Shown: positions 41,196-49,074 of the stretch, piece by piece
Numbering within the stretch: position 1 is the first letter of the stretch
Layout of the letters: the number at the start of each line of letters is the position of its first letter
From: Vicinamibacterales bacterium
GTDB taxonomy: Bacteria > Acidobacteriota > Vicinamibacteria > Vicinamibacterales > UBA2999
Direction: 5' to 3'
DNA length: 64,000 nucleotides
Assembly: GCA_040081715.1 (NCBI GenBank)
Contig: JBEBFY010000015.1
Coordinates: forward strand, 14,505-78,504
Translations under genes and position numbers: made by a program
The notes under the pieces: model-generated
What the model was told of the DNA's origin: nothing
The model's database searches: none
What the model saw: the letters and a program-made list of their open reading frames with translations, nothing else

Positions 41196-41639
41196 GTGTC
41201 ATCCTGCCGCCAGGTTCTGGCCGCCCTCGCGCTCGCGATCGGGTGCGTGCTGGGCTTGGCGGCGCAATCTCCGAAGTCGCAGTTCCCCAAGTCACAATGG
41301 GCCGGCGTCTACACCGACGCGCAAGCCATGCGGGGCGAGCCGCTGTATGTCGAGAACTGCTCGATGTGCCACGGTCTGAAGCTGGCCGGAACCGTTCTGG
41401 CCCCGCCGCTGGCTGGGCCCACCTTCAACGCCAAGTGGAACCGGCGCGCTCTGTCGCTGGTCTTCAACATCCTGCAGACGCAGATGCCGCTGAATCTCAG
41501 CGGCCATCTCAGTCCCCAGCAGAACGCCGAGGTGCTGGCGTACATGCTCCGGGCCGGTGACCACCCGTCTGGTGCGGTGGATCTGCCTGCCGGAGCGGAT
41601 GCCCTGAAGGCGATCACCATTCTCGAGCAGAAGCCGTGA
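41196..41639 (+). CDS. monohaem c-type cytochrome
   Basis: GTG 41196 gives a signal peptide (alternative ATG 41163). One CSMCH haem site is present, with distal MPLN. Confidence 0.84.
   Translation: MSSCRQVLAALALAIGCVLGLAAQSPKSQFPKSQWAGVYTDAQAMRGEPLYVENCSMCHGLKLAGTVLAPPLAGPTFNAKWNRRALSLVFNILQTQMPLNLSGHLSPQQNAEVLAYMLRAGDHPSGAVDLPAGADALKAITILEQKP
41271..41300 (+). repeat. imperfect in-frame 15-nt tandem duplication (PKSQF/PKSQW)
   Basis: The two units ccgaagtcgcagttc and cccaagtcacaatgg lie just after the predicted signal peptide of the cytochrome c. Confidence 0.7.
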
Positions 41640-42805
41640 GCCAGATGCAGAGCGCCCCTGGGAGCATGGTCGTCCGCGGCTGTCTCGTGCTGGCGTGCGC
41701 CGCGGTCCTCGCGTGGAACACCCCGCACTCCGTCGTGGGGCAGGCACAGGTCGTGGGGCAGGCACAGCCGCTCGGACTGAAGCCCAATACCGTGGCGGGG
41801 CTCGGTGATCCTGTGGCGCCGCCGGTTGGTGACCCCGTCTCCCAGTACTACACGGAGGAGCAGGCCACACGTGGCCGCGCCCAGTTCCTGCGTAATTGCG
41901 GCGTGTGTCATACGGCCGCGCCGCTCATCACCCGCGACATGCTGCCGCCCGAGGCCGGCTTCTACCGCACGGAGCACACCTTCATTCCGCTCGGCGGTGC
42001 CTTCCCGCGGAAGTACCCGACGATGTACCACCTGTTCCGGCGCATCCGCGACACGATGCCGGCGGGCAACTCTGCCGCGGTCAGCCCGGCTGCGAAGCTG
42101 GACATCATCGCGTTCCTGCTGAAGGCAGGCGGGTTTCCGGCAGGCAAGACGCCGCTGACGCTCGACATCGCGGCGATGAAGCGGATGCCTCTCAATGAGC
42201 AGGGCTTTGATGTCGTGTTTGACGGGAAGGATCTGTCGGGCCTCGGCGTCGTCCTGGGGTTCATGTGCAAGCCGGCGCCGCTCGGCTGCGGCACGACCGA
42301 CCCTGGCACCGTCGTTCGCGTTGATGCCGCGAAGCAGGAGCTCGTCTATGTGGGCCAACCCGAGGGCTACTGGCACACGAAGAAGCAGTACCGCAACTTC
42401 GACATCCGGTTCGACATGCTGTTCGAGAAGCCGCCGGACTCCGATCCCGACGACACCTTCTTTGACGGCAACGGCGGCGTGCTCTTCCCCGTCACCGAGC
42501 ACTTCGTCTATCCCCCGACCGGGTCACGAATCGAGGTGCAGGGTCACAACAGGAACCTGATGGCCGTGCTGGGCTCCCAGGGGTCGCTCCTGGACGCGGA
42601 CACACGTGACCGCGTGCAGCGCCCGGTGGGGCAGTGGAACTCCGTCCGTGTCGTCAACGTGAACGGGACCGTCACGACCTACATCAACGGGGCGCTCATC
42701 GGCCGGGGCACGCACCCCTACACGGCGGCTGGCTATGTGATCTTCCAGCTTGAAGGCGTGGCGATGCGCTTCAGGAACATCCGCATCAAAGATTTGAAGG
42801 ACTAG
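41636..42805 (+). CDS. cytochrome c domain fused to DUF1080 (3-keto-disaccharide-hydrolase-like) domain
   Basis: GTGA overlap with the upstream cytochrome gene. One CGVCH haem site is present. The C-terminal ~200 aa (GFDVVFDGKDLSGL...W..KKQYRNFDIRFDM...WNSVRVV..G..TTYINGA...G.V.FQ.EG..MRFRNIRIKDL) match the DUF1080/PF06439 pattern. Confidence 0.82.
   Translation: MSQMQSAPGSMVVRGCLVLACAAVLAWNTPHSVVGQAQVVGQAQPLGLKPNTVAGLGDPVAPPVGDPVSQYYTEEQATRGRAQFLRNCGVCHTAAPLITRDMLPPEAGFYRTEHTFIPLGGAFPRKYPTMYHLFRRIRDTMPAGNSAAVSPAAKLDIIAFLLKAGGFPAGKTPLTLDIAAMKRMPLNEQGFDVVFDGKDLSGLGVVLGFMCKPAPLGCGTTDPGTVVRVDAAKQELVYVGQPEGYWHTKKQYRNFDIRFDMLFEKPPDSDPDDTFFDGNGGVLFPVTEHFVYPPTGSRIEVQGHNRNLMAVLGSQGSLLDADTRDRVQRPVGQWNSVRVVNVNGTVTTYINGALIGRGTHPYTAAGYVIFQLEGVAMRFRNIRIKDLKD
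41732..41767 (+). repeat. perfect in-frame 18-nt tandem duplication (VVGQAQ x2)
   Basis: gtcgtggggcaggcacag occurs twice back to back at 41732-41749 and 41750-41767. Confidence 0.9.
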
Positions 42806-42806
42806 G

Positions 42807-44273
42807 TCAGTCGATCGTCAGGCGGACCACCAGCCCGTACTTCCCGGTGTTCGACAGGCTGTCGCGCTGATTGCCATCAACCGGCCAGATGCCTGAGACC
42901 TGCGGAAAGGGGTTGTCGTCGAACGTCTTGTAGATGCCGACCCGCGTGTGCTTCCACAGGTCCACGAACACGCGCACGGCCGTCATCCGATCCTTCTCGC
43001 CTTCGGTGACGCCGTACAGGCCCTGGGCCGAGAGCCACGAGATGAGGCTGTCGGCCCGATCGATCTCCTCGTGCGTGACGCTGCCACCGATCGAGACCGC
43101 CGGGGTGAGCGGCACGTGGCCCTGCGCGCTGAACCAGTAGCCCTGCTTGGTGATCGACGACCAGTTCACGCCGACCATCTCGGCTGAACTCTCCGTGGGG
43201 CCCCACGTGTAGCGGGCCCACTCGCCCATCAGTTGGAGGTTGGGCAGGGGTGTGAACGACGCGCTGGCCACGACGGCGTTGTCATAGCGTTTCGACGCCC
43301 AGTAGGTGGGAAGCCGCTCGACCTTGCTGCCGGTAAAGCCCCGCTTGACGGACGCACGGACCTCGATGGCGTCCAACGGCGAGAACGACGCGGAGGCCAT
43401 GGCCGTCAGCGCCGAATTGGCGTCGAGCGTGTCGTCCTCGAAGTAGAAGTAGTCGTAGTCGAACCACCGATTGCCGTCCCCAAGGAAGCCGGCGAGGTTG
43501 CCGGAGAAGAGCGGTTTCTTGCGTCCCGCCACCGGCCTGGCATAGCCGAACATCAGGCCGAAGTTGCCCTCGGCATTGATGCGCTGAATCCGGGGCGTGT
43601 CCTTGGCGGTCATTGAGCCCGCTGCCTGCCAGTCAAGACCGAGTGGCAGCAGCATCCGGCCGAAGCGGACCGAGAAGTTGTCCGTGGCACGCAGTTCGGC
43701 GAAGGCCTCGCGAATGGCACCCTGTTGGGATGGCACATCGAGCGCGATGCCGCGATAGGCGTCCACGCGCCGGTTGCCGTTCTTCGGCGCACAGGGAACG
43801 TTGGGTCCGCCCACGCCCGCGTAGAGACGCACGGGGTCGTTGGGGAAGAAGAAACCCGGTGCGCCACACGCGGGCAGCGGGTCGCGTTCATTCACCGGGT
43901 TCATCGCGACCCGGTAGAACACACGGTCGTTGGGCCGGCCCTCGATCGTGACGATGGCGTAGCCGACGCGCCCCTGGTTCTCGAAGCCCAGCGTCGCGTT
44001 GGCGCCGTCCTTTCCCCAGCCGGCCATGAACGCGGCCTTGACCCACAGCTTGGACGAGTTGGGGAGGGGGATGCCAGGGTCCTGGGCGCCGGCGGCCGGA
44101 CCGCCTTCTGGCTCCTGCGTGCTGGAGTCGGTAAGGGCAGCCACCGCGGTGCCCATCCGTAGGGTCTCCTGGGCTCCTGCGGTACCGGCGACGAACGCGC
44201 CAACGGCGCAGAGCGTGAGCGCGCGGCGGAGCCGGACGAGACACGCGTGAGAACGGGACAAAGGGCGCATCAA
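42807..44273 (-). CDS. hypothetical outer-membrane beta-barrel (porin-like) protein
   Basis: 488 aa with a signal peptide (AVGAFVAGTAGAQ). It is rich in alternating Y/G/N beta-strand patterns and has a terminal strand YGLVVRLTID. No named family is recognised. Confidence 0.6.
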   Translation of the reverse strand: MMRPLSRSHACLVRLRRALTLCAVGAFVAGTAGAQETLRMGTAVAALTDSSTQEPEGGPAAGAQDPGIPLPNSSKLWVKAAFMAGWGKDGANATLGFENQGRVGYAIVTIEGRPNDRVFYRVAMNPVNERDPLPACGAPGFFFPNDPVRLYAGVGGPNVPCAPKNGNRRVDAYRGIALDVPSQQGAIREAFAELRATDNFSVRFGRMLLPLGLDWQAAGSMTAKDTPRIQRINAEGNFGLMFGYARPVAGRKKPLFSGNLAGFLGDGNRWFDYDYFYFEDDTLDANSALTAMASASFSPLDAIEVRASVKRGFTGSKVERLPTYWASKRYDNAVVASASFTPLPNLQLMGEWARYTWGPTESSAEMVGVNWSSITKQGYWFSAQGHVPLTPAVSIGGSVTHEEIDRADSLISWLSAQGLYGVTEGEKDRMTAVRVFVDLWKHTRVGIYKTFDDNPFPQVSGIWPVDGNQRDSLSNTGKYGLVVRLTID

Positions 44274-44286
44274 TGGGGACAGTGCC

Positions 44287-44703
44287 TCAGTACATCTGGT
44301 AGAGCATTACGTAGATCACGACACCGGTGACGGAGACGTACATCCACAGCGGGAAGGTGACCTTCGCGATCCTGCGGTGACGCGCGAAGTCGCTGCGCAA
44401 GCCGCGGAGCGTAGTCGTAATGACCAGCGGCACGATGACGATCGCCAGGATGACGTGGGTGATGAGAATCGTGTAGTAGACGTAGCGGATCGGGCCCTGC
44501 CCAGGGAACGGCTTCGAGAGCACGTTCAGGTGGTAGATCACGTAGGAGATCAGGAACAGCGTGGAGGAGCCGAGCGCGGCGAGCATCGTACGCTTGTGCG
44601 CCTCACGCTTGCCCTGCTTGATCAAGGTGACGCCAAGTGAGAGCAGGATGAACGACAGGCCGTTGAGCGTGGCGTTCAGGGCTGGCAGGTCTGACACGGA
44701 CAT
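44287..44703 (-). CDS. DUF420 membrane protein (CtaM-like, haem-copper oxidase associated)
   Basis: 138 aa. LPALNATLNGLSFILL...GKREAHKRTMLAA...FARHRRIAK..FPLWMYVS is typical of DUF420/PF04238. Confidence 0.84.
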   Translation of the reverse strand: MSVSDLPALNATLNGLSFILLSLGVTLIKQGKREAHKRTMLAALGSSTLFLISYVIYHLNVLSKPFPGQGPIRYVYYTILITHVILAIVIVPLVITTTLRGLRSDFARHRRIAKVTFPLWMYVSVTGVVIYVMLYQMY

Positions 44704-44721
44704 GGCTATCCCTTCTTCAGC

Positions 44722-45654
44722 CTACTGGAGCCACAGGCGATCGATGACCAGCGCGCCCCACAGCACAGGCAGGTAGATGATCGACGCCAGAAAGAGGCGG
44801 CGGGCGGACGCATGCGTCAACGCCTGGGCGAAGGCGACGGCGATGCCGATGAGCGCCACACCAAGGGCCGCCGCCACAACCAGGTAGGGCGTGCCGGCGA
44901 GGCCGACGTAGGCGGGCGTCTCACTGGCCACGACCAGCGCCACGGCGTAGAGCCACGCCTGCCGGCCGGTGCTCCGCCCGTCCGGCTCGACCACCGGCAG
45001 CATCTGCAGCCCGGCGCGCGCGTAGTCCTCGCGGTACATCCATGCGATGGCGAAGAAGTGCGGCATCTGCCACAGGAATACGATGGCGAACAGGGACACG
45101 GCACCCCAGCCGATGTCGCCGGTGGCCGCGGCCCAGCCAATAACTGGTGGGAGCGCGCCGGGGAACGCCCCGACCAGTGTGGAGTGCCAGGTGCGGCTCT
45201 TGAGTGGCGTATACACCACGACATAGCTGACCAGGGTGACCAGCGCCACGGCGGCGGCCATCAGATTCACACCGAGCGTCAGCTCTCCCAGGCCCAACAC
45301 GGAGAGGAGCAGGCCGAAGGCGGCGGACTCGGCCATGCTCAATCGACCCTGCGGGAGGGGGCGCCTGCGCGTGCGGTGCATCAGGCCGTCGGTGTCCCGC
45401 TCCCACACCTGGTTGAGGGCCGAGGCGCCGCCAGCGACCAGCCCGGTGCCGATGAGCGTATGCGCGAGCAAGGCCAGGGGCACGCCATCTGGCGAGGCGA
45501 TGTAGAGCCCAGCCAGTGTCGTGAAGAGGACGAGCAGATTCAGCCGCGGCTTGGTGAGCGTGACGAAGTCTGACGGCCTGCCAGGCCGGACGACCGGATC
45601 CGCCTCGGCTATCCGCTCCGGCGACGCCACACCCGCTGCGGGGGCGGTCGTCAC
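44722..45654 (-). CDS. ctaB: protohaem IX farnesyltransferase (haem O synthase)
   Basis: Only the last 310 codons of the 557-aa track ORF are coding. GTG 45654 overlaps the ctaA stop (GTGA); an alternative start is GTG 45630. UbiA motifs TLTKPRLNLLV and NQVWERDTDGLMHRTRRRPLP are present. Confidence 0.88.
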   Translation of the reverse strand: MTTAPAAGVASPERIAEADPVVRPGRPSDFVTLTKPRLNLLVLFTTLAGLYIASPDGVPLALLAHTLIGTGLVAGGASALNQVWERDTDGLMHRTRRRPLPQGRLSMAESAAFGLLLSVLGLGELTLGVNLMAAAVALVTLVSYVVVYTPLKSRTWHSTLVGAFPGALPPVIGWAAATGDIGWGAVSLFAIVFLWQMPHFFAIAWMYREDYARAGLQMLPVVEPDGRSTGRQAWLYAVALVVASETPAYVGLAGTPYLVVAAALGVALIGIAVAFAQALTHASARRLFLASIIYLPVLWGALVIDRLWLQ

Positions 45655-46631
45655 GCCCGGGCTCCAGCCCTGGCCGAGGAACCTGTCGTCGTAGCCCTCG
45701 TGGCCCCGGTCGCGCTCGCGTGGCGGCCGAACAGCCGGTGTGTGCGGAGGGCGAGCACCAGCGTCGTGCCCAGTACCAGGGCGCCATTGGCCACATGGGC
45801 CGAGTTGACGACGAATTGTTTGGCGGTCCACACGACGTACGCGCCGAGTGTCACCTGCGCACAGAGCAGCACGAGCAGGAGGAGCGCCGGGTTCCTGAGC
45901 GACGGTCTGCGCCAGTGGTGGGCGAAGACATGCCCGGAGGTGGCCAGCACCAGGAACGAGACGGCCACCGCACCCATCCGATGGGCGAAGTGAATCGCAA
46001 TCTTCGCGTCCCAGTGCGGCGGAATGAGGTGCCCGAACGCGAAGGGAAAGTCCGGAATGGCCAGGCCGGCCTCGGTGTGCCGCATCGTGGCGCCCAGAAT
46101 AATCTGCAAGTAGGCGGCGACAGTCGTTGCCGTGACCAACCGGGTCAGCAGCACGTCGCCTTCCCGGGCCGCGCCGGTCATGCGCTGGTACCCCTCCTGC
46201 CAGCCCCGTGAGGTGACGGTGGCGACGGTCAGCGTGAGGCAGAACACCAGTTGCGCCAGACCCGCGTGCGAAATCGAAATCGGGGCGGGCAGGAAGTAGA
46301 TCACGGTCAGCCCGCCGAGGATGCCCTGCGTGATCACGGCGCCGAGCGCCACGAAGCCGACGCGCCTGACCCATCGCCGCGGTTCCGCCTTCCACAACCA
46401 GACGGCGAGGATCACCATCAGGAATCCGACCGTGCTGGCGATCAGGCGGTGGCCGTGCTCATAGAAGATGCCGCCGACCATCTTGTCGAGCGGGAAGGAG
46501 AACATGAACCAGCCGTAGGTATTCGGCCAGTCCGGCACGGAGAGACCCGAGCCAGTGCTCGTGACGAGTCCGCCCGCAAAAATGAGGATGAGGGTGGCGG
46601 CAACGACGAGGCGGGAGAAGAGATTCAACAT
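45651..46631 (-). CDS. ctaA: haem A synthase (COX15/CtaA)
   Basis: Trimmed to ATG 46631 (MLNLFSRLVVAA). GGLVTSTGSGLSVPDWPNTYG and the His-containing helices (EHGHRL, HFAHRM) are present. Confidence 0.9.
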   Translation of the reverse strand: MLNLFSRLVVAATLILIFAGGLVTSTGSGLSVPDWPNTYGWFMFSFPLDKMVGGIFYEHGHRLIASTVGFLMVILAVWLWKAEPRRWVRRVGFVALGAVITQGILGGLTVIYFLPAPISISHAGLAQLVFCLTLTVATVTSRGWQEGYQRMTGAAREGDVLLTRLVTATTVAAYLQIILGATMRHTEAGLAIPDFPFAFGHLIPPHWDAKIAIHFAHRMGAVAVSFLVLATSGHVFAHHWRRPSLRNPALLLLVLLCAQVTLGAYVVWTAKQFVVNSAHVANGALVLGTTLVLALRTHRLFGRHASATGATRATTTGSSARAGARA

Positions 46632-46709
46632 CAAGCACCGGTGCCGCCAGGGCACCCGCATCCGACCGGATACGGGCCCCTGACAGTCCGGCTGAAAACG
46701 TGTGACCGA

Positions 46710-47495
46710 CTAGGACGCGGCCTTGAAGCTGAAGTCGGATGCCTTGGACTCGCTGGCCGCCACTTCGATGGTCGCCGTCTGAGTGCCGAGCGTCTCGTGG
46801 TGCGCCTCGATCGTGTACTTGCCCGCGGGCAGGCCCTTGATCTCGAACTTGCCGTCCGCGCCGCTGACGGCGAAGAACGGATGGTCGAGCACGGCCGCCT
46901 GCGCATTCATCCAGCCGTGGACGTCGCACTTGAAGGGCACCATCACTTCCGAGGCGGTGAAGGTGTGGTCGAACTTCATGCCCTGGATCGGCTGTCCCGT
47001 GTTGAACTCCGAGTTCGTCTTCGGAATGGCGTGGATGTTGTGCAGCGTCGGGTCGCTGTTGACGATCTGGAGCGGCTGACCCACCTGGATGCCGAACACG
47101 TGCGGGGTGTATTTGCAGCCCTTCTGGTCGAGTACGACCGGTGCGGTCGGTGCCGGGTAGGAGCCCGTGACGCCTTCCTTCAGATAGACCAGCACGTTGG
47201 CCAGGCCGCCATCGGCGCCTACCACCAGGGCCTCGGACGTCGCGCCCGCGCCCTGTTTCGCGCAGATCGGGTCCGCATTCATCTTGATGGCCTGAGCCGC
47301 CGGGGCCGTGCCATCGAACTTGATCGTGCCAGTAATGGTCGCGGCCGTGGCCGGATCCACCGTCGCGGCGGGGGCAGCCGCCGGAGCTTCAGCGGCCGGA
47401 GCCGCCGGCTCGCTCGAACCGCCGCCGCAGGCGACAGCCGTCAGAGCCAATGCGAACGAAGGCGCCCAGAGGCCCTTCAGCGTACGTGATGACAT
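46710..47495 (-). CDS. cupredoxin-like putative copper-binding lipoprotein with CarboxypepD_reg-like C-terminal domain
   Basis: Lipobox-like LTAVAC. Candidate type-1 Cu ligands are LHNIH...FKCDVHGWM (C-x2-H-x2-M, amicyanin-type loop). The C-terminal ADGKFEIKGLPAGKYTIEAHHE is an Ig-like domain. Confidence 0.68.
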   Translation of the reverse strand: MSSRTLKGLWAPSFALALTAVACGGGSSEPAAPAAEAPAAAPAATVDPATAATITGTIKFDGTAPAAQAIKMNADPICAKQGAGATSEALVVGADGGLANVLVYLKEGVTGSYPAPTAPVVLDQKGCKYTPHVFGIQVGQPLQIVNSDPTLHNIHAIPKTNSEFNTGQPIQGMKFDHTFTASEVMVPFKCDVHGWMNAQAAVLDHPFFAVSGADGKFEIKGLPAGKYTIEAHHETLGTQTATIEVAASESKASDFSFKAAS

Positions 47496-47590
47496 TCAAT
47501 CTCTCCTGAGCGAGGGGGTTAGACGGTTGCCGAGGGAACGAACCGATCACAATTATCACAGAAATCAGGGACTTGTCAGCATTTCAGCCC

Positions 47591-48973
47591 CTACCGTACC
47601 TGGGCGCCGGCTTCTGCCAGCTTCCGCAGCACCCGGTCCTGCATCCACTTGGGATCCCACCACTCCACGGGATTCACCGGGTGCCCGCCCACCAGCATCG
47701 CAAAGTGCAGATGGTCCCCGCCGGCCAGACCGGTCATCCCGCTCTTCCCGAGCACCTGGCCTCTGGTCACGGTGGCGCCGGGTTTCACGTTGATTCCCGA
47801 GAGGTGGGCGTAGAGCGATTGCACGCCCAGGCCGTGGTCGACGATGACGCAGTTGCCGTAGATGCCGAGGTAATCGGCCAGCATCACGACGCCGTCCTGC
47901 GCCGAGGCCACCGGGACGTTGGCCGTGACGGCCAGGTCGAAGCCCAGGTGCACCTGCTGGTCGATCTCCCGGCCTTTATAGACGTAGGTGCGGTGGTCCG
48001 CGAAGCCAGCCTCGACCTGCGAGTTGCCGAGCTGCCGGAACGCATCTGTCCAGCGCATCGTCTGGCCACTCCTGGCCGCGAGCGCTTCGATGGTGTTGGC
48101 GTTGGTCCGGCGCAACGGGCCGTTGATGGTGACGAAGGCGCTCACGAGGTCTCCGGTGGAGACAATCAGCCCTGGCGTGCTGGAGGCGATCGGCGGGACC
48201 ACCCGCTCCAGAAACGCGTCGGTCACGTCGATGCGGCTCCTGGCGAAGCGCGTCGGGAAGACCTCGTCCCCCAGGGGAGCCGTGGCCTCATTGCCAGCGG
48301 CGTCTCTCGAAAACACCACGATCGGCGTCTTCGTATCCTGGTCATGCAGCAGGGCGTACACGGCCACGCGCAGCGACGGGTCCGTGCTGATGCCAGCGCC
48401 GCTGGCCGGAAAGCCGCGGTAGGTGACCTGGCCCACGCGCACGCCGGAGTCCACATCGTCGGGCGTGGCGCGGTACACGACAAACTCCGAGCCGCCCCGG
48501 TTGATGTAGTGCTTCGTCGAGACCACCGCCACCCGCGGCGGTTCGAGGCGCACCTGCACGTCCCTGATTACGGTCGATTCGGCCTCGCGGAGGCCGTACA
48601 GCACCGGCCGGGCGGCGCGCACCACGATTCGGGCGGGACCGGCCTGAAGCTGTGGCACGTTGCTCTTGCCCAGGGGCCGGATCACATAGAGGCGGTCCGC
48701 CGACTCCTGTTTCGCGTCGCCGCCGCCCCCGCCGGTCAGGGAAAACACGGGGAACCGCTTGTCCCCCTGTTCAACCGCGGCATCGATCCTCGTGAAGTGG
48801 CCACCCGGTGCGTCCACCACCAGCTCCAGCGAACTCCTGAGGCCGATGAACGCGCCCGGTTGGCGCAGCTCGATGACGGGGCCTTGCGCCCTCCCGGCCC
48901 AGATCCAGAGACCGCCCAGGCTGAGGGCGCCCAGGAACACCAGGCCGAGCAGGAGCTTGAGCAGCGTGCGCAT
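47591..48973 (-). CDS. M23-family metallopeptidase
   Basis: 460 aa with an N-terminal TM anchor. The C-terminal LytM domain carries HLGFD...YAHLS...GDHLHF. Confidence 0.88.
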   Translation of the reverse strand: MRTLLKLLLGLVFLGALSLGGLWIWAGRAQGPVIELRQPGAFIGLRSSLELVVDAPGGHFTRIDAAVEQGDKRFPVFSLTGGGGGDAKQESADRLYVIRPLGKSNVPQLQAGPARIVVRAARPVLYGLREAESTVIRDVQVRLEPPRVAVVSTKHYINRGGSEFVVYRATPDDVDSGVRVGQVTYRGFPASGAGISTDPSLRVAVYALLHDQDTKTPIVVFSRDAAGNEATAPLGDEVFPTRFARSRIDVTDAFLERVVPPIASSTPGLIVSTGDLVSAFVTINGPLRRTNANTIEALAARSGQTMRWTDAFRQLGNSQVEAGFADHRTYVYKGREIDQQVHLGFDLAVTANVPVASAQDGVVMLADYLGIYGNCVIVDHGLGVQSLYAHLSGINVKPGATVTRGQVLGKSGMTGLAGGDHLHFAMLVGGHPVNPVEWWDPKWMQDRVLRKLAEAGAQVR

Positions 48974-49074
48974 GCCACAAGCCTAGCAGCCCGTCCGGAC
49001 GATAGTGGGTGCCAGATGTAACACGCTTGATACACGCGCGTAACGGTGATGCAAACACGGGTTGACAGACTGCG

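Noticed and set aside
32424-41767. The short tandem repeats (12-nt x4, 15-nt x2, 18-nt x2) as possible CRISPR or regulatory arrays.
   Set aside because: They are directly adjacent with no spacers, in frame inside coding regions, and far shorter than CRISPR repeats. They are reported as coding microsatellites instead.
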